From Synechococcus sp. A15-28 (GTDB lineage: Bacteria > Cyanobacteriota > Cyanobacteriia > PCC-6307 > Cyanobiaceae), in NCBI RefSeq assembly GCF_014280175.1, contig NZ_CP047931.1:2130001-2162000 (forward strand): a stretch of DNA of 32,000 nt, read 5' to 3'. The position numbers and the translations under genes are program-made. Under the pieces are notes generated by a model, which worked only from the letters and a program-made list of their open reading frames with translations, did not search any database and was not told the origin of the DNA. Of this stretch, positions 20,985 through 29,617 are shown piece after piece (the first letter of the stretch is position 1; each line of letters starts with the position of its first letter).

Positions 20985-22097
20985 ATGAGTCAGACCGAGC
21001 GAACGCCGACCCTCATCCTTGGTGGCGGCTTGATGGGGTTGGCCATTGCCCACCAGCTGGCACGGCGTGGAATGGCTGTCCGCGTGATCAGCCGCAAACG
21101 ACGTGAAGCAGCGGGATTTGTGGCTGCCGGGATGCTTGCCCCCCATGCCGAGGGCCTATCGGGCGCTCTGTTGCAACTGGGGCAAACCAGTCTGGAACTC
21201 ATCCCCCGTTGGGTGGGACAGATCGAAGTGGACAGCGGTCTGAGCTGCGGGCTCAGGGCCTGCGGGATCGTCGTTCCTTTTCGGAGCGACGGGGAACGAA
21301 CGCAATACCCCACAGCCAGATATGGGCTGGAACTCAATCGCGTCGAACTCGAGCAAGAACTCCCGGGTATCGGCCCGAGTTGGTCCAGCGGTCTGTTGTT
21401 CGAGCAAGACGGCCAGATCGACAACCGCAGGCAGCTCATGCGCGCACTCGAACGCGCCTGCGTCTCCCTGGGAGTTCAATTTCTAGAGGGCAGCCATGTC
21501 AAGGACATCCAAAGGGACACCTTTGGAGCTCTCAGTGGCGTCGTGATGAAAAGCGCCGAAGGTGATGAATGCCTTCTGGCATGTCAGCAAGCTGTATTGG
21601 CCTGTGGTGCCTGGAGCCATCAACTCATTCCGGAACTCAACGTCTTTCCGGTCAAAGGACAAATGCTGTCCTTGCAAGGGCCAAGGGAAACACTCAAGCG
21701 GGTGATCTTCGGGCCAGGAACCTACATGGTTCCTCGGGAAGACGGTTTGGTGGTTGTGGGCGCAACCAGCGAACGACACGCCGGTTTCGAGGAAGGCCTC
21801 ACCCCTGATGGACAGAAACAGCTGCAAGCAGGGTTGGAGTCGCTTTTACCTGCAGCAGCAGGTTGGCCTCCGATGGAACGGTGGTGGGGATTTAGGCCTT
21901 GCACTCCTGATGAAGCACCTCTTCTGGGCGAGAGTCCCATCCCAAGGCTTTGGCTGGCCTGCGGTCATCACCGCAATGGAGTCCTGCTGGCCGCAATCAC
22001 GGCTCAGATCACTGCAGAGGCACTGAGCGGGATCAACACCAGACAGGACTGTCTTGATGAATTTCGCTGGGATCGCTTCACCAAGGCGCACCCATGA
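20985..22097 (+). CDS. thiO: glycine oxidase ThiO (FAD-dependent)
   Basis: TLILGGGLMGLAIAHQLARRGMAVRVI, AAGMLAPHAEG, GPGTYMVPREDGLVVVGATSE, GHHRNGVLLA. Confidence 0.93.
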   Translation: MSQTERTPTLILGGGLMGLAIAHQLARRGMAVRVISRKRREAAGFVAAGMLAPHAEGLSGALLQLGQTSLELIPRWVGQIEVDSGLSCGLRACGIVVPFRSDGERTQYPTARYGLELNRVELEQELPGIGPSWSSGLLFEQDGQIDNRRQLMRALERACVSLGVQFLEGSHVKDIQRDTFGALSGVVMKSAEGDECLLACQQAVLACGAWSHQLIPELNVFPVKGQMLSLQGPRETLKRVIFGPGTYMVPREDGLVVVGATSERHAGFEEGLTPDGQKQLQAGLESLLPAAAGWPPMERWWGFRPCTPDEAPLLGESPIPRLWLACGHHRNGVLLAAITAQITAEALSGINTRQDCLDEFRWDRFTKAHP

Positions 22098-23427
22098 GCT
22101 CAATACCAGCCCAGAAAAACGGATTCGCAACGCCATTTGAAACACGGCGTTGTTGAGACGGCGTGAGCTCCTGCAACAAAGGTATTCCATCAACACCGAT
22201 CAGCTCCTTACCAGACAACTTGATTTGATTGCGAATGAATGCCTGACGTGTTAATTGCATCGCCTCAGCTTTAGGAACACCCTGCTCGAGATAGCGATAC
22301 ATCTGAACAAAATAAGCAGACGTCACTACATCATCGACATACCAAAGGGTGCCTACTGCACTTCGAGCACCAGCTTGCAATGCAAGTCCGCTGAAACCCA
22401 ATTCAGCATCAGCATCACCCAAAGCTGTTCTGCAGGCACTGAAGACAACCAGATCAAGCGGAACACCCTTACGTTTCTCGCGAAGCGTGGCAAGCTCTTT
22501 CATTGAGAGTGGTCCAGTGCCGGAGTGCAGTTGCGACGCCTCAGGGCCACCGGGCTTAAATTCAGCATGTGTAGCCACATGGAGAGTGCTATATCCAGGA
22601 TCGGACGCTTTATCCAGAAAAGATGAAGGGGTAAATTCCTGATTAAGAAATTTATCTTTTTTTTCGTCCGAAGAAATTCGATTCAGCTCCTGGGGAACCA
22701 ATGGCAAAGCGGCTAAACCTTTGAATTCTGAGGCACCGAGTGCCAGTACACGGTCGTCAGGACTGCTTTTTTGCTCAAAGTCAGTAAGCGCCAGAGACGG
22801 TGTGATCGCAAAAGCAAACCGATCACCGAAATATTGCTGCCCATCACTCAGAGCCGCGAATGGGACTGCCTGAAGTCCACGATCAGCAGCAATCAGCAAT
22901 GTCGTTACCTTTTTGGCTTGAAGGACTGGCTGCAATTCAGAAAAAAAGAGAGCGTAAAGCTGCCGGGATGCTGACTCGGGGTCTTCCACCTTCAAGGGCT
23001 CAAGTCTCGAAAGCTGCATGTATAACTGCCGCAACTGGTCGCGAAACACTTTTGACGAAAGCTCGACGCGAAATCCCTCAGCATCTCCACTAGAAGGAAT
23101 CAATGTAATGTCGAGAAATGAATCAGATTTTGCAGAAGACGTCCTACCTTCCGCCTGAGTATAACGAAAGTGGATCACCGCAGGATTGTATTTTTTGGGA
23201 TCAAATCCAGGGAGCTCTGACACTGACCGCGTCGCCTCCGTATCGGGATTTGGATTGGCAAAAACGTGAATAGGTCTGAGCAGGTCTGATCCAAGAGCGC
23301 AACAGATCAAGACAAAGGCAAGGCGCCAAATTGGGATCAAATTAATTCTCAGAGTCTCAGGTGTCCATCTCACAGGAGATACCAAACCGTCAGGTAACTT
23401 TTGCAGGTACCGGAATTGTTTGATCAC
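22078..23427 (-). CDS. CHAT-domain (caspase/separase-like) protein with N-terminal hydrophobic segment
   Basis: His motif STLHVATHAEF and Cys motif LVVFSACRTALG, followed by LQAGARSAVGTLWYVDD and NPFFWAGIELMG; N-terminal LIPIWRLAFVLICCALGSDLL. GTG start at 23427. Confidence 0.92.
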   Translation of the reverse strand: MIKQFRYLQKLPDGLVSPVRWTPETLRINLIPIWRLAFVLICCALGSDLLRPIHVFANPNPDTEATRSVSELPGFDPKKYNPAVIHFRYTQAEGRTSSAKSDSFLDITLIPSSGDAEGFRVELSSKVFRDQLRQLYMQLSRLEPLKVEDPESASRQLYALFFSELQPVLQAKKVTTLLIAADRGLQAVPFAALSDGQQYFGDRFAFAITPSLALTDFEQKSSPDDRVLALGASEFKGLAALPLVPQELNRISSDEKKDKFLNQEFTPSSFLDKASDPGYSTLHVATHAEFKPGGPEASQLHSGTGPLSMKELATLREKRKGVPLDLVVFSACRTALGDADAELGFSGLALQAGARSAVGTLWYVDDVVTSAYFVQMYRYLEQGVPKAEAMQLTRQAFIRNQIKLSGKELIGVDGIPLLQELTPSQQRRVSNGVANPFFWAGIELMGAPW

Positions 23428-26400
23428 TATTGACCTCCTGCTATTTGTTGTCGCAACTGCTGCAAGTAATTACCAATCTGCCCTGCAGATGGCGTACGGC
23501 GGCCTGAAAGTTTAGGCAAGTTCAATGCACCTACAGCTCGATCTGTCGCCGCACTATCACCTTCAGAAACGCCTGCCAAAGCCTGTGAGGCATCAACTCG
23601 TTTTACGTTTACAGCTGCCGATGGTGCCGACTCCTGGCCTCCTGATCCTCCCTGATCTCCTTCAGAGGAGCCTTCTCCTTCTTCGTCAGATCCTGCCTCT
23701 GCGTCTCCTTCTCCTTCTGTTTCTCCTTCACCATCTCCTTCCCCTTCAGCATCTCCTTCCCCTTCAGCATCTCCTTCCCCCTCAGCATCTCCTTCTGCTT
23801 CTGCATCAGCGTCTGCCTCATCGGCACTGTCGTCGGTTCCGCCTTCCTCCGTTGATGTGTCCTCCGAGGAATCAGTGGCAGCTGAGTCATCCGAGGAATC
23901 AGTGGCAGCTGAGTCTGATGTCTCGCCTGCAGCTTCTCCACTTTCTCCAGCAGCTGAGGTTTCGGAGCCAGCTGCTGTATCAGAGCCAGAGCTAGCCTCT
24001 GAATTGGAAACATCAGCCGTTGCGCTAGCAGCGGTTGACTCTGACGTTGCACTGGCCACACCAACAGAGGAGGTAGCAGTCGATGATGTGGAAGACCCCT
24101 CAGAGCTCACCGTAGCAACCTGAAACGAATCACCCAAAGAAAGATCGACTGATGTTCCCTCTGCAGAAAGACTGGACGGAACAAGCGATGCTGCGACTGT
24201 TTCAACTGTATCGTTCACACTCGAGGAAGCGTCAGTTGATCCTGTCTCAGTCGTTGCGGCAACAACTGAAACCACGTCTGAGGTTGAAGCGGCCGAAACA
24301 GGCGCATTAGGCGACATGCTTGCAGTACTCGTTGACGTTGACATTTCAGGAGCTGCAGCAACATCAACAGAAGGGGAAACCATTGGCATAGTCGCTGTTG
24401 TTTCAATAACAGCAATCGCATCCGCAATGGTTTCGACATTGCCTTCGGTTACAAATGTAGAAATGAAGGCATCAATCGTTTCAGGCCCTCCAAAGGGTTG
24501 CTGATCACCGAGGTCGTCAAAAGGTGGTAATTCACCGGGGTCGTCAAAAGGTGGTAATTCACCGGGGTCGCCAAAAGGTGGTAATTCACCGGGGTCGTCA
24601 AAAGGTGGTAATTCACCGGGGTCGCCAAAAGGTGGTAATTCACCGGGGTCGCCAAAAGGTGGTAATTCACCGGGGTCGCCAAAAGGTGGTAATCCACCGG
24701 GGTCGCCAAAGGTTGGTTGATCAAGTATTGATTCCGGCGTTAGCTCTAGCGTCGGATCTGGCTCATCCTCTTCCTCTGGCTCTGGTGTCAGCTCTAGAGA
24801 AGGGGAAGCAGAAATCTGTGAAGAGCAAAGGTTGGAGGTCCCACTGCCTGAACAAGTCGCCGTAAGAGATGCTCTCGAAGCACTGCCCGCATTTACGGTC
24901 AATCGACCAGCCACAACCTTTGTCGAACCTGAGTAGGTAAGTTCTCCTAATCCACCACTCGAGGAATCAAAATACTTAAGCGTCCCTTCTCCATCCTTGA
25001 CGAAGTTTCCGGGCCCAGAAAATGTCATATTATCTATCGAAACAGTACTTCCAGAGGCAACAAAGAGAGTTTGATCGCCGGGGCCGAGAGTCACACTAGC
25101 TAGCGAACCACCCGAAGAGGTACCGAGAGGGATATCAGTTAAAGATGAGATTTTCGCATTATTTTCAAGCGAGATATTCGTACTTGAAAGAAGAGCATTA
25201 GCACTTGAAAATTGAATGTCAGCCGAGTCAATAGAAACCGCCCCAGCAATAGTAGAATCCCCAGCAAGCTTAAAAGCACCATTATTGTTAACAGTTAAAG
25301 CCTGGTCGTATGCTATGTCGCCAATAGTATTCCTTAAATTAATTCCATCGCTAAGGCTTGGAGCAATCGAATCAAAGAATGTAGAAACAGTTCCGCCACC
25401 ACCAGAAGCATTACCGCCAATTCGCAAATTACAGCTGGACGACGATCCACAACTACTCCCAACAGTCACCATTGCTGCAGCAGACAAACTCGTGGTGTCG
25501 TTCAGAAGCAACTCCCCGCTTAGCGCTTCTAAGGCAGAATCCCCAGTTAGCTCAAATGGATTGGTAATCGTGGCACTACCGGAGACCAACTGTATTATCG
25601 CCTCTCCACTACCAGATGATGAACCAAGAGCCAATTGCTCTGCTAACAGAAAATCGTCTGTAGACGAACCACCAACAATATGAAGTGCAGCCCCCTGATC
25701 AATAGACGTGCCACTGGAGGCAATACCACGAGTAGTGGCCCCCAAAGCACTAGCGCTTGATATCTCTAAAACGCCAGCGCTGACCGACGTTGCACCTTCA
25801 TAAGTATTTGCTCCAGATAACTTCAATGTTCCGGATCCTTCCTTAGTAAGTGATGATCCACTTCCTGAACCAGCAATCACGCCAGAGAAGGTTGTCGACC
25901 CATCAGAATCGGCAATATTGACGGTAAGAGTATTTGAATTGAGATCAGCGTTTCCGGCACCTTGCAACCCACCGATAGTGTCATTAGAGCCAACTTTATA
26001 ATTCGCTCCACTGGCAACATCCACAACTGTTGAGTCTGAAAGAGAGCCTGACAACAAAAGAGTTCCCTCATTAATTGATGTCTCACCCGAAAAAGTGTTT
26101 GCGCCTGATAGTGTCGTAGTCCCACTTCCGGCCTTCGAAAAAGCACCATCACCAGAAATCACACCAGAAAATGTAGTACTCGCATTGTTCAATCCACCAG
26201 CAGTTAAGGTGACACCTGAAGCTAAATCAATGTCGCCAGATCCTGATATTGAACCAATCTCATCTGTAGCATCAACATCAAATGTTGCACCACTACTTAC
26301 ACTTAAAGCTGTATTCGCAAGTGAGCCAGTAACTTTCAACGTTCCGGCCGATAACGACGTTGCTCCTTCATAAGTACTTGCTCCAGACAACTCCAATGTT

Positions 26401-29400
26401 CCGGATCCTTCCTTAGTCAATGATGACCCACTTCCTGAACCAGCAATCACGCCAGAGAAAGTTGTCGACCCATTAGTATCAGCATTATTGACGGTAAGAG
26501 TATTTGAATTGAGATCAGCGCTTCCGGCACCTTGCAACCCACCGATCGTGTCATCAGAACCAACTTTATAATTCGCTCCACTGGCAACATCCACCAATGT
26601 TGAGTCTGAAAGAGAGCCTGACACTAAAAGGGTTCCCTCATTAATCGATGTCTCACCCGAAAAAGTATTTGCACCTGATAGTGTCGTGGTCCCGCTCCCA
26701 GCCTTCGAAAAAGCACCATCACCAGAAATCACACCAGAAAATGTAGTACTCGCATTGCTCAACCCACCAGCAGTCAATTTGACACCTGAAGCTACATCAA
26801 TATCGCCAGATCCTGATATTGAACCAATCTCATCTGTAGCATCAACATCGAATGTTGCACCACTACTTACGCTTAAAGCTGTATTCGCAAGTGAGCCAGT
26901 AAGTTTCAACGTTCCGGCCGATATTGTTGTCGTCCCCGTATACGTATTTGCACCTGATAGTGTTGTAGTCCCACTTCCGGCCTTCGAAAAAGCACCATCA
27001 CCAGAAATCACACCTGAGATTTCTGTACTGGCGTCTGCTCCAGTTTTCAGAGATAGATTATCAAGTCCCCAGTGGTCAAAAATACCACTCCCCCCCGCAC
27101 TAAAACTCTTCTGACGGAAACGAAAAGTAGCGGTGCTTCCTGAAGCAAGGCTATCTACTACAGAATCAGGAATAGAGTATGAATATTTATTCCATTGCCT
27201 ACTAGAAGAGGAAATAGTAATTTCCAACCCGGACGTATATGAACCTCCATCAATGGAATATTCTAAAATAACTTCTTCGCCTAGTTCAACTTCCTCGCCA
27301 CCATTGAAGTCGTCTCCATAAATAAAATCGAATGTAATTGTCGCGCCATCTGTAGGGTCAAAACTATCCGTTGTAGCTTGCCTATCAGATGCGTCGACCC
27401 TGCCAAAAAATAGTGATTTAACTTGACTACCATTATCAAATGAATTGTTAACTCCTTGTTGGCCCGAAATCTGACTAGACGAGGTGATTAAACTTCCAGT
27501 TCCATCACTACTTGACGAAAAATCCTCAGAAGTTGTATTTAAATTACTCAAACCTCCTGCAGTCAACGTTACACCTGACGCCAATTGGATCGCTCCCGCT
27601 CCTGCGAGTGAACCGATAGTGTCGCTTGAATCAACGTCGTAGGTTGCACCACTTTCCACTGTTACCGCTGTCGTATCGGCAAGTGAGCCAGTAACTTTCA
27701 ACGTTCCGGCCGATATTGTTGTCGTACCCGTATACGTATTTGCACCCGAAAGAGTCGTTGTCCCACTTCCAGCCTTACTCAAAGCGCCAGCCCCTGAGAT
27801 CACTCCAGAGAAAGTAGTATCACCGGCTTGTGTAACATCCAAAACTGTTCCCTGTGCGACAACAACTCCACCAGCTCCTGACAAACCACCAGAGTCAGAT
27901 GCCGTAACGAAAACGTTTGATGATGATCCTGGATTCCAATCGATTGATGCCCCCGAATTGATCGCAACACCTGTCTTGGAGTCAAGCGTCAAATCTTTAC
28001 TACTCGCAGATCCGTCACTTATGATAGAAGCATTAATGATTATATCTTTATCAGCAACTAGCGACAAGCTACCGCCAGCACCAGAGTCAACATTTACCTC
28101 ACTTGAAACAGTGATTGTTCCGGCCTCTGCACTTTCTGATCCAGATGCTGCGACTGAGCCACTCCCGACACTACTTGAGGAGGATGCAGTTGATATAGAG
28201 ACATCATTTCCAGCTTCTAGGGCAGTAACAATTGCCGTAGCCTCAGAAGAAGTCAAGGTGTAATCAAACGGATCCAATAGCCACAAACCTTGCTCTCCTT
28301 GAATTGCAGTGGCATCCACATCAATTCCAGCCACATACAACTCAAAGCCAGATGTTTCAATATGACCTCCATCCCCTTCTTTATCACCACCACTCGCCAA
28401 CAACTGTCCTCCAACAGTTGTCACCGACTCAGGGTTGTTGATATCACTCCACACTACAATTTCACCACCATCACCATCAATAATGGCAGACGCATCCAGC
28501 ACCGCTCCTTCTTCAATCTTAGTAGTGATCGCCTGGCGCACCGTTTCATCACTATTTTGCCAACTGCCGCCGACTTCAATCTTTCCACCACCACCGGTTT
28601 GCACCGCCATTAATTCCGTACCATCGCCAACAACAACCTCTTCTCCTGTCAACGTCAACCGTGCTCGGTCGACTTGATCATTGCCAACACTTATCTTGCT
28701 CTCCCGCACCGCCACAACTCCACCCGGTGCGTCAGCAAACAAATCACGATCAATTCGGATATCAATCCCCTCCATCTGAATCACCGGGACCGTGTCATCG
28801 GCATGATTGACAACATCCAGCGAATCCGTACCGCTGAACCCAAGCGCTCCCGGGAGCGGGTTTCCTTTCAGCGCATCAAGATTGGCGGCTCGAGTCTTGA
28901 ATACGTCGAACAGTCCATCGCCAAAACGCAGCGATCTAGTGGTACTCAGATTCAAGCTTGGTACATTAACGAACCCTACACCCGATCCAAGATGAATCCC
29001 TCCTGGCGATAGCCAGTACAGATTTGCCTTTGACGAAAACTGAATAGATTTATTAATATGTGTACCGAGAGGTGATGTCACACCCACTACAAGATTACGC
29101 TTACCTCCTGTATCAATTTGAACGCTCTTGATCTTGCCGCGGGTGTCGAAATCCTTGAACCGCATGAATTTATTGCGGCCAGATTTCTTACCACCACTGA
29201 TGCGGCACACACCAGCACTGCAGCGCCCACCTTTCTGGCCGTTCACCTTGGTGTCGAACCCTTTACCTTGTCCAGCACGAATCTCCGCAGAAGCTGGAGA
29301 CTGGTTCAAGATGCTTGACATCCCCAGGAACACACCCAAGGAGAAACGAATGAAGTTCTTGGAACCAGTTGATGCCATAAACCTTTGTTGAACCAGCCTG

Positions 29401-29429
29401 CCCAAATCGGATGCGTCAGCTTTTAACAC
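23427..29429 (-). CDS. very large two-partner-secretion exoprotein (filamentous haemagglutinin-type N domain plus PATR/autotransporter-associated beta-strand repeats)
   Basis: Signal-like MASTGSKNFIRFSLGVFLGMSSILNQSPASA (possible start 29378), TPS-like ANLYWLSPGGIHLGSGVGFVNVPSLNLST, and repeated SGTTTLSGANTYTGTTTISAGTLKVTGSL. Acidic/Ser-Thr/Pro low-complexity C-terminal third with no outer-membrane barrel. Confidence 0.9.
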   Translation of the reverse strand: MLKADASDLGRLVQQRFMASTGSKNFIRFSLGVFLGMSSILNQSPASAEIRAGQGKGFDTKVNGQKGGRCSAGVCRISGGKKSGRNKFMRFKDFDTRGKIKSVQIDTGGKRNLVVGVTSPLGTHINKSIQFSSKANLYWLSPGGIHLGSGVGFVNVPSLNLSTTRSLRFGDGLFDVFKTRAANLDALKGNPLPGALGFSGTDSLDVVNHADDTVPVIQMEGIDIRIDRDLFADAPGGVVAVRESKISVGNDQVDRARLTLTGEEVVVGDGTELMAVQTGGGGKIEVGGSWQNSDETVRQAITTKIEEGAVLDASAIIDGDGGEIVVWSDINNPESVTTVGGQLLASGGDKEGDGGHIETSGFELYVAGIDVDATAIQGEQGLWLLDPFDYTLTSSEATAIVTALEAGNDVSISTASSSSSVGSGSVAASGSESAEAGTITVSSEVNVDSGAGGSLSLVADKDIIINASIISDGSASSKDLTLDSKTGVAINSGASIDWNPGSSSNVFVTASDSGGLSGAGGVVVAQGTVLDVTQAGDTTFSGVISGAGALSKAGSGTTTLSGANTYTGTTTISAGTLKVTGSLADTTAVTVESGATYDVDSSDTIGSLAGAGAIQLASGVTLTAGGLSNLNTTSEDFSSSSDGTGSLITSSSQISGQQGVNNSFDNGSQVKSLFFGRVDASDRQATTDSFDPTDGATITFDFIYGDDFNGGEEVELGEEVILEYSIDGGSYTSGLEITISSSSRQWNKYSYSIPDSVVDSLASGSTATFRFRQKSFSAGGSGIFDHWGLDNLSLKTGADASTEISGVISGDGAFSKAGSGTTTLSGANTYTGTTTISAGTLKLTGSLANTALSVSSGATFDVDATDEIGSISGSGDIDVASGVKLTAGGLSNASTTFSGVISGDGAFSKAGSGTTTLSGANTFSGETSINEGTLLVSGSLSDSTLVDVASGANYKVGSDDTIGGLQGAGSADLNSNTLTVNNADTNGSTTFSGVIAGSGSGSSLTKEGSGTLELSGASTYEGATSLSAGTLKVTGSLANTALSVSSGATFDVDATDEIGSISGSGDIDLASGVTLTAGGLNNASTTFSGVISGDGAFSKAGSGTTTLSGANTFSGETSINEGTLLLSGSLSDSTVVDVASGANYKVGSNDTIGGLQGAGNADLNSNTLTVNIADSDGSTTFSGVIAGSGSGSSLTKEGSGTLKLSGANTYEGATSVSAGVLEISSASALGATTRGIASSGTSIDQGAALHIVGGSSTDDFLLAEQLALGSSSGSGEAIIQLVSGSATITNPFELTGDSALEALSGELLLNDTTSLSAAAMVTVGSSCGSSSSCNLRIGGNASGGGGTVSTFFDSIAPSLSDGINLRNTIGDIAYDQALTVNNNGAFKLAGDSTIAGAVSIDSADIQFSSANALLSSTNISLENNAKISSLTDIPLGTSSGGSLASVTLGPGDQTLFVASGSTVSIDNMTFSGPGNFVKDGEGTLKYFDSSSGGLGELTYSGSTKVVAGRLTVNAGSASRASLTATCSGSGTSNLCSSQISASPSLELTPEPEEEDEPDPTLELTPESILDQPTFGDPGGLPPFGDPGELPPFGDPGELPPFGDPGELPPFDDPGELPPFGDPGELPPFDDPGELPPFDDLGDQQPFGGPETIDAFISTFVTEGNVETIADAIAVIETTATMPMVSPSVDVAAAPEMSTSTSTASMSPNAPVSAASTSDVVSVVAATTETGSTDASSSVNDTVETVAASLVPSSLSAEGTSVDLSLGDSFQVATVSSEGSSTSSTATSSVGVASATSESTAASATADVSNSEASSGSDTAAGSETSAAGESGEAAGETSDSAATDSSDDSAATDSSEDTSTEEGGTDDSADEADADAEAEGDAEGEGDAEGEGDAEGEGDGEGETEGEGDAEAGSDEEGEGSSEGDQGGSGGQESAPSAAVNVKRVDASQALAGVSEGDSAATDRAVGALNLPKLSGRRTPSAGQIGNYLQQLRQQIAGGQ
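23661..23830 (-). repeat. acidic EG/EGD coding repeat (DAEGEG)n
   Basis: Tandem ~18-bp units on the minus strand encoding EGDAEGEGDAEGEGDAEGEGDGEGETEGEGDAE. Confidence 0.85.
24519..24707 (-). repeat. seven in-frame 27-bp tandem repeats encoding a GDPGELPPF-type nonapeptide
   Basis: Plus-strand unit AAAAGGTGGTAATTCACCGGGGTCGTC starts at 24519, 24546, 24573, 24600, 24627, 24654 and 24681. Confidence 0.95.
25791..26930 (-). repeat. two tandem 570-bp (190-aa) in-frame repeats of the exoprotein passenger
   Basis: Anchor strings such as TAAGTA(T/C)TTGCTCCAGA occur at 25801 and 26371, and CCGGATCCTTCCTTAGT at 25831 and 26401: an exact 570-bp offset. Confidence 0.93.
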
Positions 29430-29617
29430 AGCCTCGCACAGATGTGCAAATCACCCATACAATCATAAATAAAAAACTATATTATTCTTCAATTGTCCAT
29501 GAATTTTGTGTTGAATTGGCAACTGAAGTCCACTGCTTTGTCAAGCCAAAACCTGTAGGCGACAGTCATCACAGTGGCTTTCGCCGATTCTAGTGACAAT
29601 AGCCAAACGTAAAATCG

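Noticed and set aside
23661-23830. RTX calcium-binding nonapeptides in the acidic repeat
   Set aside because: The units are (D/E)AEGEG-like and do not match the GGxGxDxUx RTX consensus.
24519-24707. Regularly spaced repeats resembling a CRISPR array
   Set aside because: The 27-bp units are directly abutting with no variable spacers and translate in frame inside the exoprotein ORF; no cas genes are present.
23525-24865. Leu/His/Pro-rich ORFs such as MINQPLATPVDYHLLATPVNYHLL and MVIHRGRQKVV
   Set aside because: Alternative-frame translations of the Pro-rich and acidic coding repeats of the exoprotein.
25216-28263. Plus-strand ORFs with mutually similar sequence (for example MVPLPAFEKAPSPEITPE...)
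   Set aside because: They are similar to one another only because they are antisense to the exoprotein's tandem repeats; not independent genes.
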